This document shows, piece after piece, positions 1-32,199 of a stretch of 64,000 bases of DNA. The stretch is taken from assembly GCF_009914755.1 (NCBI RefSeq), contig NC_060944.1. One strand, written 5' to 3'. A program made the position numbers and the translations under genes. How positions within the stretch are numbered: the first letter of the stretch is position 1; the number at the start of each line of letters is the position of its first letter. Below the pieces are notes generated by a model that was not told the origin of the DNA, searched no databases, and was given only the letters and a program-made list of their open reading frames with translations. The DNA is from the human T2T-CHM13v2.0 reference genome, Homo sapiens.

Positions 1-57
1 TGATCTTAGGCAAGTTGTTTAGGTTTTGGCTTTTTAACATATTAATAAAAGCTCTGA

Positions 58-303
<246 letters not shown>

Positions 304-673
304 TAAGCTTCTCAGTTTTTGCTTGGGGTGGCAGGATTTTCTGTGTGGCTTCCCAGTTGACCATCTCAAATGGGTAACATGAAATCTTAGATCTCTCTCT
401 CTTTGTAAGCATTCTAAATTTTTCCTCTGTGTTTTCATTTTTTTAATTTTTTATTATGAAAAATCACAACACTTTTAAAAGTAGGGAGAATAATACTATA
501 ATGAACCCCAGTGGAGCTATCATATGGTTTTAACAATTTTTATTATTTTGCCATATTTTTTTCATCGTGTTTCACTTGTTGGTGCCACACTATTTAAGTG
601 CATCACGGTCTTTCACTACTGAATACGGTAGTGTTCTTACTATTTTTTCTTTGTCTTAGAAATAAGGACCTTT

Positions 674-979
674 GGCCAGGCACAGTGGCTCATGCCTATA
701 ATCCCAGCAATTTTGGAGGCCAAGGCGGGTGGATCATCTGGGATCAGGAGTTCGAGACCAGCCTGGCCAACATGGTGAAACCCTGTCTCTACTAAAAATA
801 CAAAAATTAGCTGGGAGTGGTAGCGGGTGCCTAATCTCAGCTACTTGGGAGGCTGAGGCAGGAGAATTGCTTGAATCTGGGAGCCAGAGGTTGTAGTGAA
901 CGGAGATCGTGCCATTGCACTCCAGGCTGGGTGACAAGAGCAAAACTCTGTCTCAAACAAAAAAAGGCGGGGGAAAGAA
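674..979 (+). mobile_element. AluS element with 15-bp TSD (agaaataaggacctt)
   Basis: GGCCAGGC head, two arms, A tail; direct repeat at 658-672 and 980-994. Confidence 0.92.
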
Positions 980-1196
980 AGAAATAAGGACCTTAGGGAC
1001 CTTTTTCCCAGGACTACTGTGCTGCTGTCACACGTGGAGGAGTGGACAGTGCCTTCAGGTCGACTCTCAGACTGTGTTCATGTTCTTCTTGTTTTCCCTA
1101 AGATGTCTGTTTAGAGCTGGTGTGTTTGCATCAGGGGCCAAATGAAGTCCACACGTGATCCCCCGTTTATTCTTATGCCACCCAATACCTTCTTGA

Positions 1197-1301
<105 letters not shown>

Positions 1302-1814
1302 TAGCATTGTTCAAGTTTATAAATTTTGAAAATGCTAAAGTTCTGGCATTGTTCTATAATAGTGTTTATTGGTATTCCTCTTTTTGTGTTTAATGTCTGT
1401 TTTTCCCCAATTTTTGGCTGGTATTTAGTATATAATGTGAGGGGAACTATGTGGTGAGGAGTAATTCTAAATCATATGTGGAAAATTCTATTATTACTTA
1501 ACAAAATAGAGTCCCATGATGTTACTTATTAGTGATCCATCAGTGGGATTAAAAAACTGGCATTATTATTTGGTGATATTCCATGAAATGTTTACATGTG
1601 TATATATACTTTCCTAATCAAAATTCATATTTGCCTAGTCACTGAGGCAAAGAACTAGCCCATTATTTAAGGACATAGGATTGGAGTCAGGTGGGCTTAG
1701 GTTCAAATCTCTGCTGTCTAATATTGAGCAAGTCACTTGACCTGTTGCTGTGCCTAAATTTCCTTGTTACAGGATGAAGATCATATTACCTATCTATTAC
1801 AGGTTGCAATGACT

Positions 1815-2231
1815 TTTGACACTAACTACCTGCAGTTATTGTCAACTAAGGAAGCTCACACAAGCTTTGATGTCCAGAGTGTTTATTGGGGCTTCATTAC
1901 ATAGACATGACTGATTAAATTGCTGGCCCTGTGATTGAGTTCAATCTTCATCCCTCTTCCCCTCCCTGGAGGTCAGACTGACATCAGGAGGGCCAAAGGC
2001 CCAATACTTTAATCACATGGTTGGTCTTTCTGGGGTAGCCAGTCCCAACTCTGAGTCATCTTGTTAGCACAGACTATGTAGGGGTTCACCACGAGTCACC
2101 TGAGTAGCACATACTCTCAGGGCACATCATAAATAACAAGACACTCCTATTACTTGAGAAAGTACAAGAATTTAGAAGCTACCTCCCAGGAATGAGGGAG
2201 AGAGGCCCACCAAATTCTTTATTCTACAACA
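1815..2231. mobile_element. MER21-like LTR fragment inside a MIR
   Basis: Motifs tgtccagag...ttattggggcttcattaca, ctaatcacatggttgg-like and gacactcctat resemble MER21-group LTRs; MIR-like flanks. Confidence 0.55.
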
Positions 2232-2365
2232 GTGTTATTACAAGGCCTATCACAGGGTTACTTCAGGTGGTCCATGTGGAGCACAGCATAGGATGGCACT
2301 CAATAAATGTTAACAGTTACTACATTACAGTTGCATAGCACAGAGCTTAAGAAAGAAAATATTCA

Positions 2366-2455
2366 GTGCAGCAAACCACCATGGCACATGTATACCTATG
2401 TAACAAACCTGCACGTTCAGCACATGTATCCCAGAACTTAAAGAAAAAAAAAAAA
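2366..2455 (+). mobile_element. Very short 5'-truncated L1PA 3' end with TSD aaatattca
   Basis: caaaccaccatggcacatgtatacctatgtaacaaacctgcacgtt...cccagaacttaaag plus A tail; TSD at 2357-2365 and 2457-2465. Confidence 0.88.
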
Positions 2456-2761
2456 CAAATATTCAATGTGTTTGCCATTAGAGTCTGCACATTTTTGAAA
2501 GTGATCTATTTGTTGTCATAGCTTCATTTTCATTCTGTTCATTTTCTGCATAAATAAATGAGTAATCTCTACCTCAGATTTACCAGTGACTACGAAATTG
2601 GTAACATGTTAGTACCTTACTTTATGCTCTTTGTGTTCAAATCTACTTATATTAATTGAACTTTGGGGTACTTACTGTGTATTATGGTGAGATGAACAGA
2701 ACATTATGTTTCTCTAACGACAGTAGCTTTAATGATTTTTCTCATACAATATTTTAGATTA

Positions 2762-3915
<1,154 letters not shown>

Positions 3916-4558
3916 AGGAATATACATGGTCTCGTTCTCTTAGTAGTGATGTTTTGGAAACACTGAAGGATGAGAAGAGATTAATACAGATAAACTCTGT
4001 AGTAGACCACAGACATCTCTGCTTGAGCAATTGCATCGTGGCAACTGCATCAGCCATTTTGGACCAGTAACAAAGAATATTTCCAGGTATCCCTGACAGC
4101 TTATAGGAGCCTATGAGGTCTGAATGTCATCATAGGTATCTGTATTACCCAAGGATAGTGCTTCAATGGGTGACTGAAGCACATGGGCTTGAGTCTGCCA
4201 CCTAAATTCAGATCCCTGCCTTGATAACTCTGAGCCCTTTGGTAAATTATCTAATCTCTCAAAGCTTCAGTCCTTCATGAATAAAAAGAAAATAATAATA
4301 GTAGTTACATCATGGGGCAATGACAAAGAGAAAATAATGCATATTAAAATTTTAGCAAATTCCTGGTATATAGTAAGCACTTTATTACTGGGAGTGATGA
4401 TTTCAATATTGTTGACTCAGGCTAGCAATAAAAGTAAAAGCAGAGCTAAAATAAGGTTACTAACATGAAACAGATGATCATGTGTTAATGTTTAGAGAAA
4501 ACACCATTGAAAGAATATGAAAGCACACTGATGATAAGTAAAAATCTTATTATCTGAT

Positions 4559-4686
4559 TTCAAAGTAGTAACATCTTTTGTTTTCAAAGTAGTAACATCC
4601 TTTATGTTTTTAAAATAATAACATCTTTTGTTTTCAAAGTAGTAACATCTTTTATGTTTTTAAAATAGTAACATCTTTTGTTTTTT
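4559..4686. repeat. AT-rich tandem repeat with alternating 24/26-bp units (50-bp higher-order period)
   Basis: caaagtagtaacatcttttgtttt-like units start at 4561, 4585, 4611, 4635 and 4661. Confidence 0.85.
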
Positions 4687-5389
4687 GATTTCCTAAGTTT
4701 CTGTTTAGAATCTTTAAGCCACTAACATGAGAGATAGTGAAAATAGGTATTTTTTTCTTTCCTATTAATATTTTTCCATAAGGAAAACTAAAAAATTTGT
4801 GACTATATCAGTATGTTCTTTTGTGGAAGTAACGTGCTTATTCTACATTTCCCTTTTATCTGTGAATGAGACTGAATGAGGGTAACACCCTCATTGTCAA
4901 AACAGCTTCTGATTTTTCTTCCACTTCATCTTCTCTTTGGGGTCTGTTACACTCTTCTCAGTGGAGACAAAGTAGAAAAGACCACAGTGGAAACACCCAT
5001 GTTTGACTCATTTGGCAAGATCTCTCTCAGAGAACTTTTCTTCATACTTATCAATACAAAATATCATTTTTTATCCTTTATATTATAAAAAACAATGCAG
5101 TTTTTACCACCTTGGCATACATACCTTTTAAATCTTTTAAAATCACTTAATTTAACCATTTGCATTGTGAAATCTAACATAAAAACAGGCACATGCAAAC
5201 ACATCTGAAAAGGTGCAGAAAACGAAGATGTACAGCCCAATGATGTGTCACTGAGGAATTCCCATGTATCCATCACCCTGTTCAAGAAAGAACATTGCTC
5301 CGGAACCTTTGTGTCCCTCCTCCCAGTGATCACTACCCTCCTGACTTTTGTGCAGACTAATCACTTCCTTATTTTTAAAAATCTTATTG

Positions 5390-7013
<1,624 letters not shown>

Positions 7014-8292
7014 TTTTTTCTATGTAATCTTTTAGGAGCTATATTTTACCTTTTACAAAGAGATCTACAGTATTGGGATTAAGTTTTGTGTATACTACAG
7101 GAGGCATGCTTCATTTTGAATATAGATATTGAGATGACCCAGCACCATGTATTGAACAGATCTGCCTCTCCCATCACTGTGTGCATGGTGCCACCTTTGT
7201 CATACATTGAGTGTCAGTATTCCTGTGGATTCTGAATGGGAGGACTTTTTCTTCTGTTATGCTAGTCTATCTGTTCTTATACCAATTCCACTGTTGTAAT
7301 TACTGTAACTATATAGTATAGTTGGAGCAAGTTCCCATCTTGTTCTTTTTTGAGAGCATTTCAACTATTAGCCCTTTGCACTTCCATGTAAATTTTAGAC
7401 TCAGTTTGTCAGGTTCCATTTTAAAGAAAGTTAAGATTTTGATTGAGATTGAATTGAATCTATAGATTGTTGACGTTATTACAATATTGAATCATCCAAT
7501 CTGTGAATATGGTATTATTTAGGTCTTTCATTGTTTTCAACATTTTTTTTAAAATAGCAGATTTACTGAGATATGATTCATACACTGTGAAGTTTACCAT
7601 CTTAAATTGTACAGTGCAGTGGTTTTTAGTATATTCAGAGTTGTTGTGCATCCAATACCACATTCTTATTTGAGAATATTTTCATCACCCTACAAAGAAG
7701 CCCTGTCCCCTTTATAGTTACTCTATATTTTCTTCCCTCCTCCCAGCTCCTGGAAATCCCGAATCTACTTTCTGTCTCTATAGATTTACCTATTACAGGT
7801 TTTTCATATGAGTAGAATCATGCAATATGTGGCCTTCTGTCTTTCATGTGGTAATGGCAATACGTTTCAGAACTTCATTGTTACTTATGGTTAAATAATG
7901 TTCCATCATATGGGCACATATCCATTCATCAGTTGGTGGACATTTGGGTTTTCTTAACAATGTTTTATAGTTTTCAGAAATAGCATCAATGCAGAGTTTG
8001 AAGATATAATTCTGAAATGGCGTCTTTTTCATGGTTCTGTTTCTGGTCAAAGATTCCTAAGGTTTATTATTAAGTATGCTGAAATGTAAGCTCTCTGAGA
8101 ACAGAGATTTTTGTTCACTTTATTGAATGATTCATTGTAAGTACCCAGACCAATGCCTATATCATAGGAGGCAATTAATATTTTAGCATTAATGAATGAA
8201 TGGTCACAACAGTGATTTGTGTTGGGATGTGTACTGTTTTCGAATGGATGATATTCAGTGTGTGCAAGTTTTCTTAGAATTTTGTCAAATGA

Positions 8293-8442
<150 letters not shown>

Positions 8443-8665
8443 TAAAATGCATTTTTCTTTAATGTGTAAATTGTGCTACCTTTTAAGAAGAGAGGAGTAT
8501 ATGAATATGTGTTAGCTTCTATTAAAATAGAAAAGAAGCATAGACCAAATCAAACAAGCTACCTGTAGGGGGATGACAGAATACGATGGAACAGCTATAA
8601 TTTTCTGAATATACCTGTTTTAATAGTTTTGAGTATGGAACCCTATAAATGTTTTAGCTATTACT

Positions 8666-8861
8666 AAAACAAAGTTAAATCAAAATGGAAAATCAGTCCC
8701 TAAATTTTGAAAGTAAAATGAAACAAATGTCAAAACAAAGTTAAATCAAAATGGAAAATCAGTCCCTAAATTTTGAAAGTAAAATGAAACAAATGTCAAA
8801 ACAAAGTTAAATCAAAATGGAAAATCAATGCTAAATTTTGAAAGTAAAAAAAGCAAATGTC
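8666..8861. repeat. 66-bp tandem repeat, about 3 copies
   Basis: aaaacaaagttaaatcaaaatggaaaatc... starts at 8666, 8732 and 8798. Confidence 0.9.
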
Positions 8862-9381
8862 TTTCAAGTTGGTGGATTAGTCAAAACAAGAGGTATTTTT
8901 GTTTCATTTTGTTTATTTTTTCTATTTTTTAAATAATAAAATACATATAAAATCTACCATCTTAGCTATTTTTAAATGTACATTTAAGTGGTATTAAATA
9001 TTGTTTAACATTCCATATTGTTTTGCAACTTTCATATTGTTTTGCAGCTGTCACCACCATTCCATATCCAGATTTTTTTCATCTTATAAAACTGAAACTC
9101 TACCCATTAAACAATAACTTCTCAATACCCCTGCCTCCCATCCCCCAGCAACCACCATTCTACTGTCTGTCTCTGATTTTGACTACTGTAACTACCTCAT
9201 GTGAGTGGAATCATATAGTATTTGTCTTTTTGTTTTCTTTTGTTCTCGTTAGAGAATAATTTCTGAGAAGCTACAAATGACAAGTTATTTGTCTTTTTGT
9301 GACTGGCTTATTTCACTTAGCGTAATATCTTCAGGGTTCATTTCTGTGGTATCTGTGGTAAGAATTTGTGTCAGAATTTCC

Positions 9382-9924
<543 letters not shown>

Positions 9925-10253
9925 CAGAATTTCCTTCCTTTTTAAGGATGAGTAATATTCCTTTTTCTGGCTATACCACATTTTGCTTATCCATTTATCC
10001 ATCTATGGACACTGGGTTGCTTCTTTATTTTAGCTATCATTTTATGATCAATGCTGCTATGAACGTGGATATATAAATCTCTTTGAGACTCTGCTTTTAA
10101 TTTTGGGGGGCATATATCCAGAGTGGAATTACTAGATCATATGGTAATACTATGTTTGAGGAATTGTCATACTGCTTTCCACAGCAGCCATACCATTTTA
10201 CATTCCAACATTACGCAAGGGTTCCATTTTCTCCACATCCTCACCAACACTAA

Positions 10254-15864
<5,611 letters not shown>

Positions 15865-16434
15865 TAGATGTGTCTATACTTGTTATATCTTCTTGTATGT
15901 ATTATATATTTATCATATATTATGTTATATAGTATATGTTTATTATATATTAACTTATATAATAACATTATATATTAATATATATTCTATAATATATAAT
16001 AGTCTTTTTTGTCTCTGGTAAGCTTTTTAAATTTAAAGTCCATTATAGCTAATATTAGTACAGCCACCCTGGTTCTCTTTTGGCAGGTATTCGCATAGAA
16101 TATCTTCTTCTACCCTTTCACTTTCAATCTATTAATGTTTGTGTCTTTGGGTCTATAGTGAGTCTCTTGTAGACAACATGTGATTGGATCGTTTTGTTTA
16201 ATCCATTCTGCTAATCTCTGTCTTTTGCTTAAAGAGTTTAATCCATCCCCTTTAACATAATTACTGATAAGGAAGGACTTCTGTCATTTTGCTGTTTTTC
16301 TATATGCCTTATAACTTTTTTTTTCTTGCAATGGACTGGGGAATAATAACTTTTTTGTCTCTCATTTCCTTCATTATTGCCTTCTTCAGTATTTAGTTGA
16401 TTTTTTGAAACATTTAGATTTCTTTCTCATTTCC

Positions 16435-16732
16435 TCATTACCCCCCACAGATACCAAGATCCATGGATGCTCAAGTCCCTTATATAAAGTAGTATGGTAT
16501 TTGAATAGTACCTAGGTACATGCTGTTATATACTTTAAATAATCTCTAGATTACTTACAATACCTTATACAATATAAATGCCATAGATATAGTTGTTATA
16601 CCATATCATTTTTAGGGAATAACAATAAGGAAAAAAAGTCTGTACATGTTCAGTACAGACACAACCATCCATTTGTTTAAAAAAATTTTTGATTTGCAGA
16701 TACGGAACCTACAGAGACAGAGGACCAACTAT
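16435..16732. mobile_element. MER2-like (Tigger family) DNA transposon
   Basis: Motifs gatacc...atccatggatgctcaagtcccttatataaa...ggtatttg and ggaacc...gaggaccaacta. Confidence 0.75.
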
Positions 16733-17083
16733 ATTCTATAGCTGTTTTCCTTGTGGTTAGTGATAGCTAGTACATTTAATATCTTAAAATTATAACACTT
16801 TAATTTCAACTTACAGCAGCTTGACTTCAGTAACATACCAAAATTCTGATCCCTCAAATCAAAAGCTCCATCCTTATTTCTATTGTTGATGTCACAAAAC
16901 TACATCTTTATATGTTGTGAGCCCCAAAACATAAACTAATAAATCTTTTAAATGCATTAGTTTCTTAAATTGTGTAGAAAACAAAATTTAGGGTTGCAAA
17001 GTTACAATAATACTAGCTTTTAGACTAATCAATGTTTTTTTAAATGTGTTAGTCACTGAAATCATGTTAAAAACAAAAAATAG

Positions 17084-17395
17084 GGGCTGGGGGTGGTGGC
17101 TCTTATGCCTGTAATCCTAGCACTTTGGGAGTCCGAGGTGGGTGGATTGCGTGAGCTCAGAAATTTGAGACCAGCCTGGGCAACATGGCAAAACCCCATC
17201 TCTACTAAAAATAAAAAAAATTAACTGGTGTGGTGGCACGAGCTTGTAGTTTCAGCTACTCAGGAGGCTGAGGCAGGAGAATCACTTGAACCAGGAGGTG
17301 GGGATTGCAGTGAACTGAGATCGCACCATTGCACTCCAGCCTGGGCGACAGAATGAGTCTCCACACCTCCCCGCTGCCCAGAAAAAAAAAACCCA
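17084..17395 (+). mobile_element. Alu
   Basis: Full Alu consensus on the + strand. Confidence 0.9.
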
Positions 17396-17458
17396 ACAAA
17401 AAATAGAGTTATAAAATGTTACAATATTGCTAGGTTTTAGAATTTTCCATGTATTCAC

Positions 17459-18166
17459 TGTCTTAGTCCATTTGAGCAGCTAAAACAAAATACCTGAGAC
17501 TAGGTAATTTCTAACGAACAGTAATTTTTTTTCTTTTTTTTTTAAAGAGACAAGGTCTTGCTCTGTTTGTCATCCAGGCTGGGGTGTGGTGGTACAATCA
17601 TAGTTCACTACAGCCTTGAACGCCTGGGCTCAATCAATCTCCTGCCTCGGCCTCCTAAGTAGCTATGACTACGGGCATGCACTACTGTGCCTGGCTAATG
17701 TTTACATTTTTTGTAGAGATGTGACCTTGCTATGTTGCCAAGGGTAGTCTTGAACTCCTAGCCTCAAGCAGTGCTCCTGCCTCAGCCTCTCAGTGTTGGG
17801 ATTATAGGCTTGAGCCACTGTGCCCAGCCAGCCTGTCTCAATTAATTCTGGAGGCCTGGATGTCCAAGATCAAAGTGCCAGCAGATTCATTTGTCTTCTG
17901 TGGGCTACACTCTGCTTCCAATGTGGCGCCTTGAATGCTGCATCCTCTGGAGGGATGAAATGCAGTGTCCTTGCATAGCAGAAGGTGGAAGGACAAAAAG
18001 GACCAAACTCCTTCCATCAAGTCATTTTATAATGGCATAAATCCATTTATGAAGGCAGAGCCCTTATGCCCTGACCACCTCACCAAAGTCCTCACCTCCC
18101 AACACTGTTGAATTGAGGATTAAATTTCTACCACATTGATTTTTGGGGATGCATTCAGACATAGCA
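17459..18166. mobile_element. MaLR LTR (MST/MLT1A-like) interrupted by an antisense AluJ (17525-17829)
   Basis: tgtcttagtccattt...ctgagactaggtaattt...ttctggaggc...tccaagatcaa...tagca. Confidence 0.7.
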
Positions 18167-18384
18167 TTTACCTATATTGAGATCTTTATTTCTTCACATG
18201 GGTTCAAGTTACTATCTTGTGATAGTTACCATATATAGGATTCTTGGTTGGTGATGTTGTTCTTTTAGTACTTTGAATATATTGGCCCACTGCCTTCTAG
18301 CCTCCAAAGTTTGTAATAAGAAATTTGGTGAAAATCTTATTGAGGATCCCAGGTATGTGATGACTTACTTATCTTTTGCTGCTT

Positions 18385-19329
<945 letters not shown>

Positions 19330-20885
19330 CTCTCTTGCTGCTTTCAAGATTCTTTGTCTTTTGAAAGTTTGATTATAATGTGCCTCATTGCGAGTCTGAG
19401 ATCATCTTGTAGTTTGTTGAGCTTCTTTGATGTTTATATTTATGTCTTTTATCAAATTTAAGGAGTTTTCAGTTACTATTTCTTCAAAAATTCTCTCTGC
19501 CCCTTTGTCTTTCTCTTCTTGGTTTGCTTGATGGTGCCCTTCAGGTCTCTCAGGCTCTGTCCTTTTCTTCGGTCTTTTTTTATTTTTGTTCTTCAGACTT
19601 AGTCATTTCTGTTATCCTGTCTTTAGGTTTGCTTGTTCTTCTGCCTGCTCCAATCTGTCTTTGAATCCCTCAAGTGAATTTTTCATTTCGGTTTTTATAG
19701 TTCTCAGCTCCGGAATATCTTTTTGGTCTTTTTAGGTTTTCTATTTCTCTACTATTTCCATTTTGTTCATACATTGTTTCCATAACTTTCTCCCCATCTT
19801 CCTGTAGTTCTTAGAGCATCTTTAAAACTCTTGTTGTAAAGTCTTTGTGTAATAGATCTACCATCAAGTCTTTTTCAGGGACCATTTCTTATTTTTCTTT
19901 TTCCTTTGAATGGACCATACTTTTATGTTTCTTTGTATGTCTTGTGATTTGATTGTTTTTGCTGAAAACCAGACATTTCAGTCTAATAATGTTATAACTC
20001 TATAAATCAGATTCTCCCCTTTCCCCCAGGGTTTGCTGGTTTTGTTACTGTTTTTGTTTTTTTGGTTGTTGTAAGCTGTCGCTGTGCTTAGAATCAACCT
20101 GAGGTATAACCTTAAGGTTTTCTCAAATCTTTATTGAACCTGTGCCTTTCCTTGGTCACTTTCTAATTTTTCCTGTATACACAGTTGCTTTTCACTGCCC
20201 TAGTCTTTAATGTCTGGCTCCTGAAAGGGGGAAAAAAGAAAAATGAATAGAGGTGGGAAAACGGTGCTAGCCCTTTAAATCCCCTGGAATTCACTTCAGT
20301 GGAATGCGGGAGGGGCTTGCAGCCTTTGAGAAGGTGTGACAAAAATGTCTGCCAGCCTCATCATTTGCACCTCTGTGATCAGAAACAGCAATCAGCAGTG
20401 AGGAGCAGGGTGCTTTTTGCACACTCTGCACCAGCAACCTGTGTACAAGCTACTCCAAGAACACATGCACTGTGGCCTGCCACAAAGCTAGGAACAGGGG
20501 ATGGTTAGCTGCTGCTATGCTAAGAGGCAAAATGGACAGTAAATTGCAGTGAATGTTTGTCAAAGCTCCAACCTCAAGCCTTCAGTAGACTCCAGAGTTC
20601 CAAAATACTGACGTCAGACAGAGTCTGCCCATGCAGTTGTTGTGGAGGTAGGCAGACAGATTCCTGATGTTTCCTACTCCACCATTTTACCTGAATCCAG
20701 GAGTTATTTACATTACTTTAAAACACATAAATTGTATATTCCTGGTATATATGTTCTGAGGACAAAAGAATTACAAAGAGTTCTTAACCTGTTTTTACTA
20801 ATCATATTATTAGTAATAATTTTGTTACTGTTATTTTGAAACAGTTTTCATATTGAAGAATAGAGCAAAAGGGTAATTGACATTA

Positions 20886-23965
<3,080 letters not shown>

Positions 23966-24778
23966 TCATATTTAATTAAAATACTTTGGGTGTCTTGGTA
24001 AGGTTCCGGAGGGATGGTAGGACATGATAAAATTATCTGGAAAAGTGGAAGACATAGTCGTTGCTGGCGTTGACTCTCCTGGCAACAATAGCAGTTCATC
24101 ACTAGTACTCGTGAGAGTAAACTTCAGTCTGAATTCTCCTAGAAGAGGAAAAGTGCCCCCTTACTTCCTGTGGCAGCACTTAGTGCTGTAGCAGGTCTAT
24201 AACCTGTACCTGGGAACACCTTTGTAGTTGCAGAGGTAGATATCAGAATGCTACCACTCCTGAATCCTGTCACGTGAGGTGGCATCTGCTCCTCCATGGT
24301 GTACTTGTAAGTATTCCTGGGAAATTATCTGAATTTTGAATGGGATTGGAAGAATTGCTTCCAAAAACGAATACTGCAGACTTACCTGTGTCCCATTCTC
24401 AGATACTGATATTTTATGGGAGGGATCTATAAGAAGCAGGTTGGAGCAGATCTAAAACATTCCTTGTGGATAGATATTTCACCTGCTTAATTTTTCAGGA
24501 TTTCAGAGGGGAAGGAGGCAACATCGTTGTCTCCCTGCATCGCCTTGCTGTCAGCGCTGACATTTACTAGCAGAGATTTTGCGGTTCTTCTTCCTCCCTG
24601 TCAAAACTGGACACTTGGAACTATTAGAATACCACAATAGTAGTACTAGGCCTAAGTACATGGAGAGGAAACAAACAAAGTCCTTATTGTCTGTGTATTT
24701 GTATAATGCTGATTTATTTTTTGGTCACTGCATATTAAAAACTAATTTAGATAAAACATCTCTCATTTTTTCTTTCAG

Positions 24779-24853
24779 GTCCGGTGTCTAAAAGACTATG
24801 GAGAATTTGAAGTTGATGATGGCACTTCAGTCCTATTAAAAAAAAATAGCCAG
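24779..24853 (+). CDS. GINS1: GINS1 coding exon 6
   Basis: Boundaries tttcag|GTCCGG and AGCCAG|gtattt; encodes [25 protein letters not shown]; 75 nt, phase 0-0. Confidence 0.97.
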
Positions 24854-25402
24854 GTATTTCTTATCTTCAGATTCTTTACTTTAAATCTTATGAGTGTTGT
24901 ATGGTGGAAAAGTTGGAATAGCAAAATAAATATCAACTTTTGATGATCGTTTATATATTAGGCATTATCTTTTAGTATAATATACCCTGTTCTGTACTTT
25001 TTCTGAATATTAAGACTGGAAGCAAATGTTGCATATAATAAAAGATTCATTAATTTAGTAGGATATTGCTTATATTTAAAACTAGGTGTTTTCTAGGGGA
25101 ATTACCATAATCAGCCTTATTCTGGGTAAGTGATAGATTATTATCTGGAGGCTATTGAACTGTTGGATTTAGCTCCTTTGTTCATATAATTTATTCTAAA
25201 AGTTCCTAAGCAGTTTTTTTAGCTTACACTTTGCCTTATAAATCCTAGTTCTTTAGCAAGCAAATAGTGATACAGATTTTTCTGTTTTCAAAAGAAGAAT
25301 TTTCAAGTATTTGGTATATAAACATAACAATTTAATAGAGGAAGATTAAAATTGTAAAGTTGTAACTTAAGCTAAATTTGTCCTTATAAGGAATCTTTAT
25401 CC

Positions 25403-25415
25403 ATCTATCTATCTA

Positions 25416-25458
<43 letters not shown>
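25403..25458. repeat. Compound tetranucleotide microsatellite (TCTA)n(TCTG)n(TCTA)n
   Basis: Read directly from the sequence. Confidence 0.92.
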
Positions 25459-25459
25459 T

Positions 25460-28858
<3,399 letters not shown>

Positions 28859-28938
28859 CCTTAAGTTTAACTTTCAACTACTTACTTGTTGGAGTTTGAA
28901 AACTAATCAGTGCTACTTTTTAATGATACAAGAAATAA

Positions 28939-29067
<129 letters not shown>

Positions 29068-29269
29068 CCATGCGCCGAGGCACTTCCAGGCTTCACTCAA
29101 CTCATGGACTCCTCTGTACTCACTCTCTCCACCCTCCCTTCACCTCCCTCTTTGATTTTAGAAGCTATAGACATTGTTTAAGATAACTAAGAATACTTGG
29201 CTAAGAAGTATAATTTGCTAACTATTAAGGACTTTCTTTTTTTAATGTTGTACACTATTCTTCCTACTC

Positions 29270-31210
<1,941 letters not shown>

Positions 31211-31609
31211 GAAATTAGGATCAACTTGTCAATTTCTACAACAACAACAACAAAAACCCCTGTTGGGCACCTTGATTGAGATTGCATTGAATTTATATAA
31301 AACTGTTGGGAGAATTGACATCTTAATAATATTGAGTCTTCTGGCCTATAAACAAGGTCTGTCTTCCTAGGTATTAATGTTTTGTCTTCTATTTCTCTTA
31401 ATAATCTTTTGTAGTTTTCAGTGTACAGGTCTACCATGTCAGCATTTCATAGTTTTGATGCTAAATGGTATTTTAAAATTTCAAATTCTAACCACTTGTT
31501 GCTAGTAAATAGAAATACAATTGATGTTGAACTTGTATCCTTCAGCCTTGCTAAACTGTGAGTTCTCATGGTGTTTTTGTAAATTACATCAACAGTCATG
31601 TGTTCTATG

Positions 31610-31615
31610 AATAAA
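31610..31615 (+). terminator. GINS1 poly(A) signal AATAAA, within an old antisense L1
   Basis: tatgAATAAAgagttttactccttcctttc with downstream T-rich sequence. Confidence 0.7.
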
Positions 31616-31846
31616 GAGTTTTACTCCTTCCTTTCTAATCTGAATGCCTTTTATTTCTTTTTCTTGCCTGATGGCATTGGTTAGAACTTCCAGTAGAGTA
31701 CTAAATATATGTGGTCAAAGACACCCCTATCTATCTTGTTCCTGATCTAAGAAGGAAAACAGTCTTTCACTATTATGATGTTTGTTAGCTCTTAAGTTGT
31801 TTGTAGATGCCCTTTATTGGGGTAGGAAGTTCCTTCCTATTCCTAG

Positions 31847-32199
31847 TGATATGGTTTGGCTGTGTCCCTACCCAAATCTCAACTTGAACTGTAATAATTC
31901 CCATGTGTCAAGGGCAGGGCCAGGTGAAATAATTGAATCAAGGGGGTAGTTTTCCCCATACTTTTCTGGTGTTAGTCAATAAGTCTCACGAGATCTGATG
32001 GTTTTATAAATGGGAGTTCCCCTGGACATGCTCTTTTGCCTGCCACCATGTAAGACGTGACTTTGGTCCCTATCCATTTGCCTTATGCTGTGATTGTGAG
32101 GCCTCCCCAGCCATGTGGAACTGTCAATTAAATCTCTTTCCTTTATAAATTACCCACTCTCCAGTATGTCTTTATTAGCAGCATAAGACGACTAATACA
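31847..32199 (+). mobile_element. THE1 (MaLR) solo LTR with 5-bp TSD cctag
   Basis: tgatatggtttggctgtgtcc...ctaataca; cctag at 31842-31846 and 32200-32204. Confidence 0.93.

Noticed and set aside
15885-16000. Very AT-rich TA-like tract
   Set aside because: Ordinary low-complexity decay within L1; no defined structure
24000-24640. Repeat-poor stretch containing gacttacctg (U1 5'-end-like / - strand donor)
   Set aside because: No further U1 snRNA homology and no convincing partner acceptor or ORF
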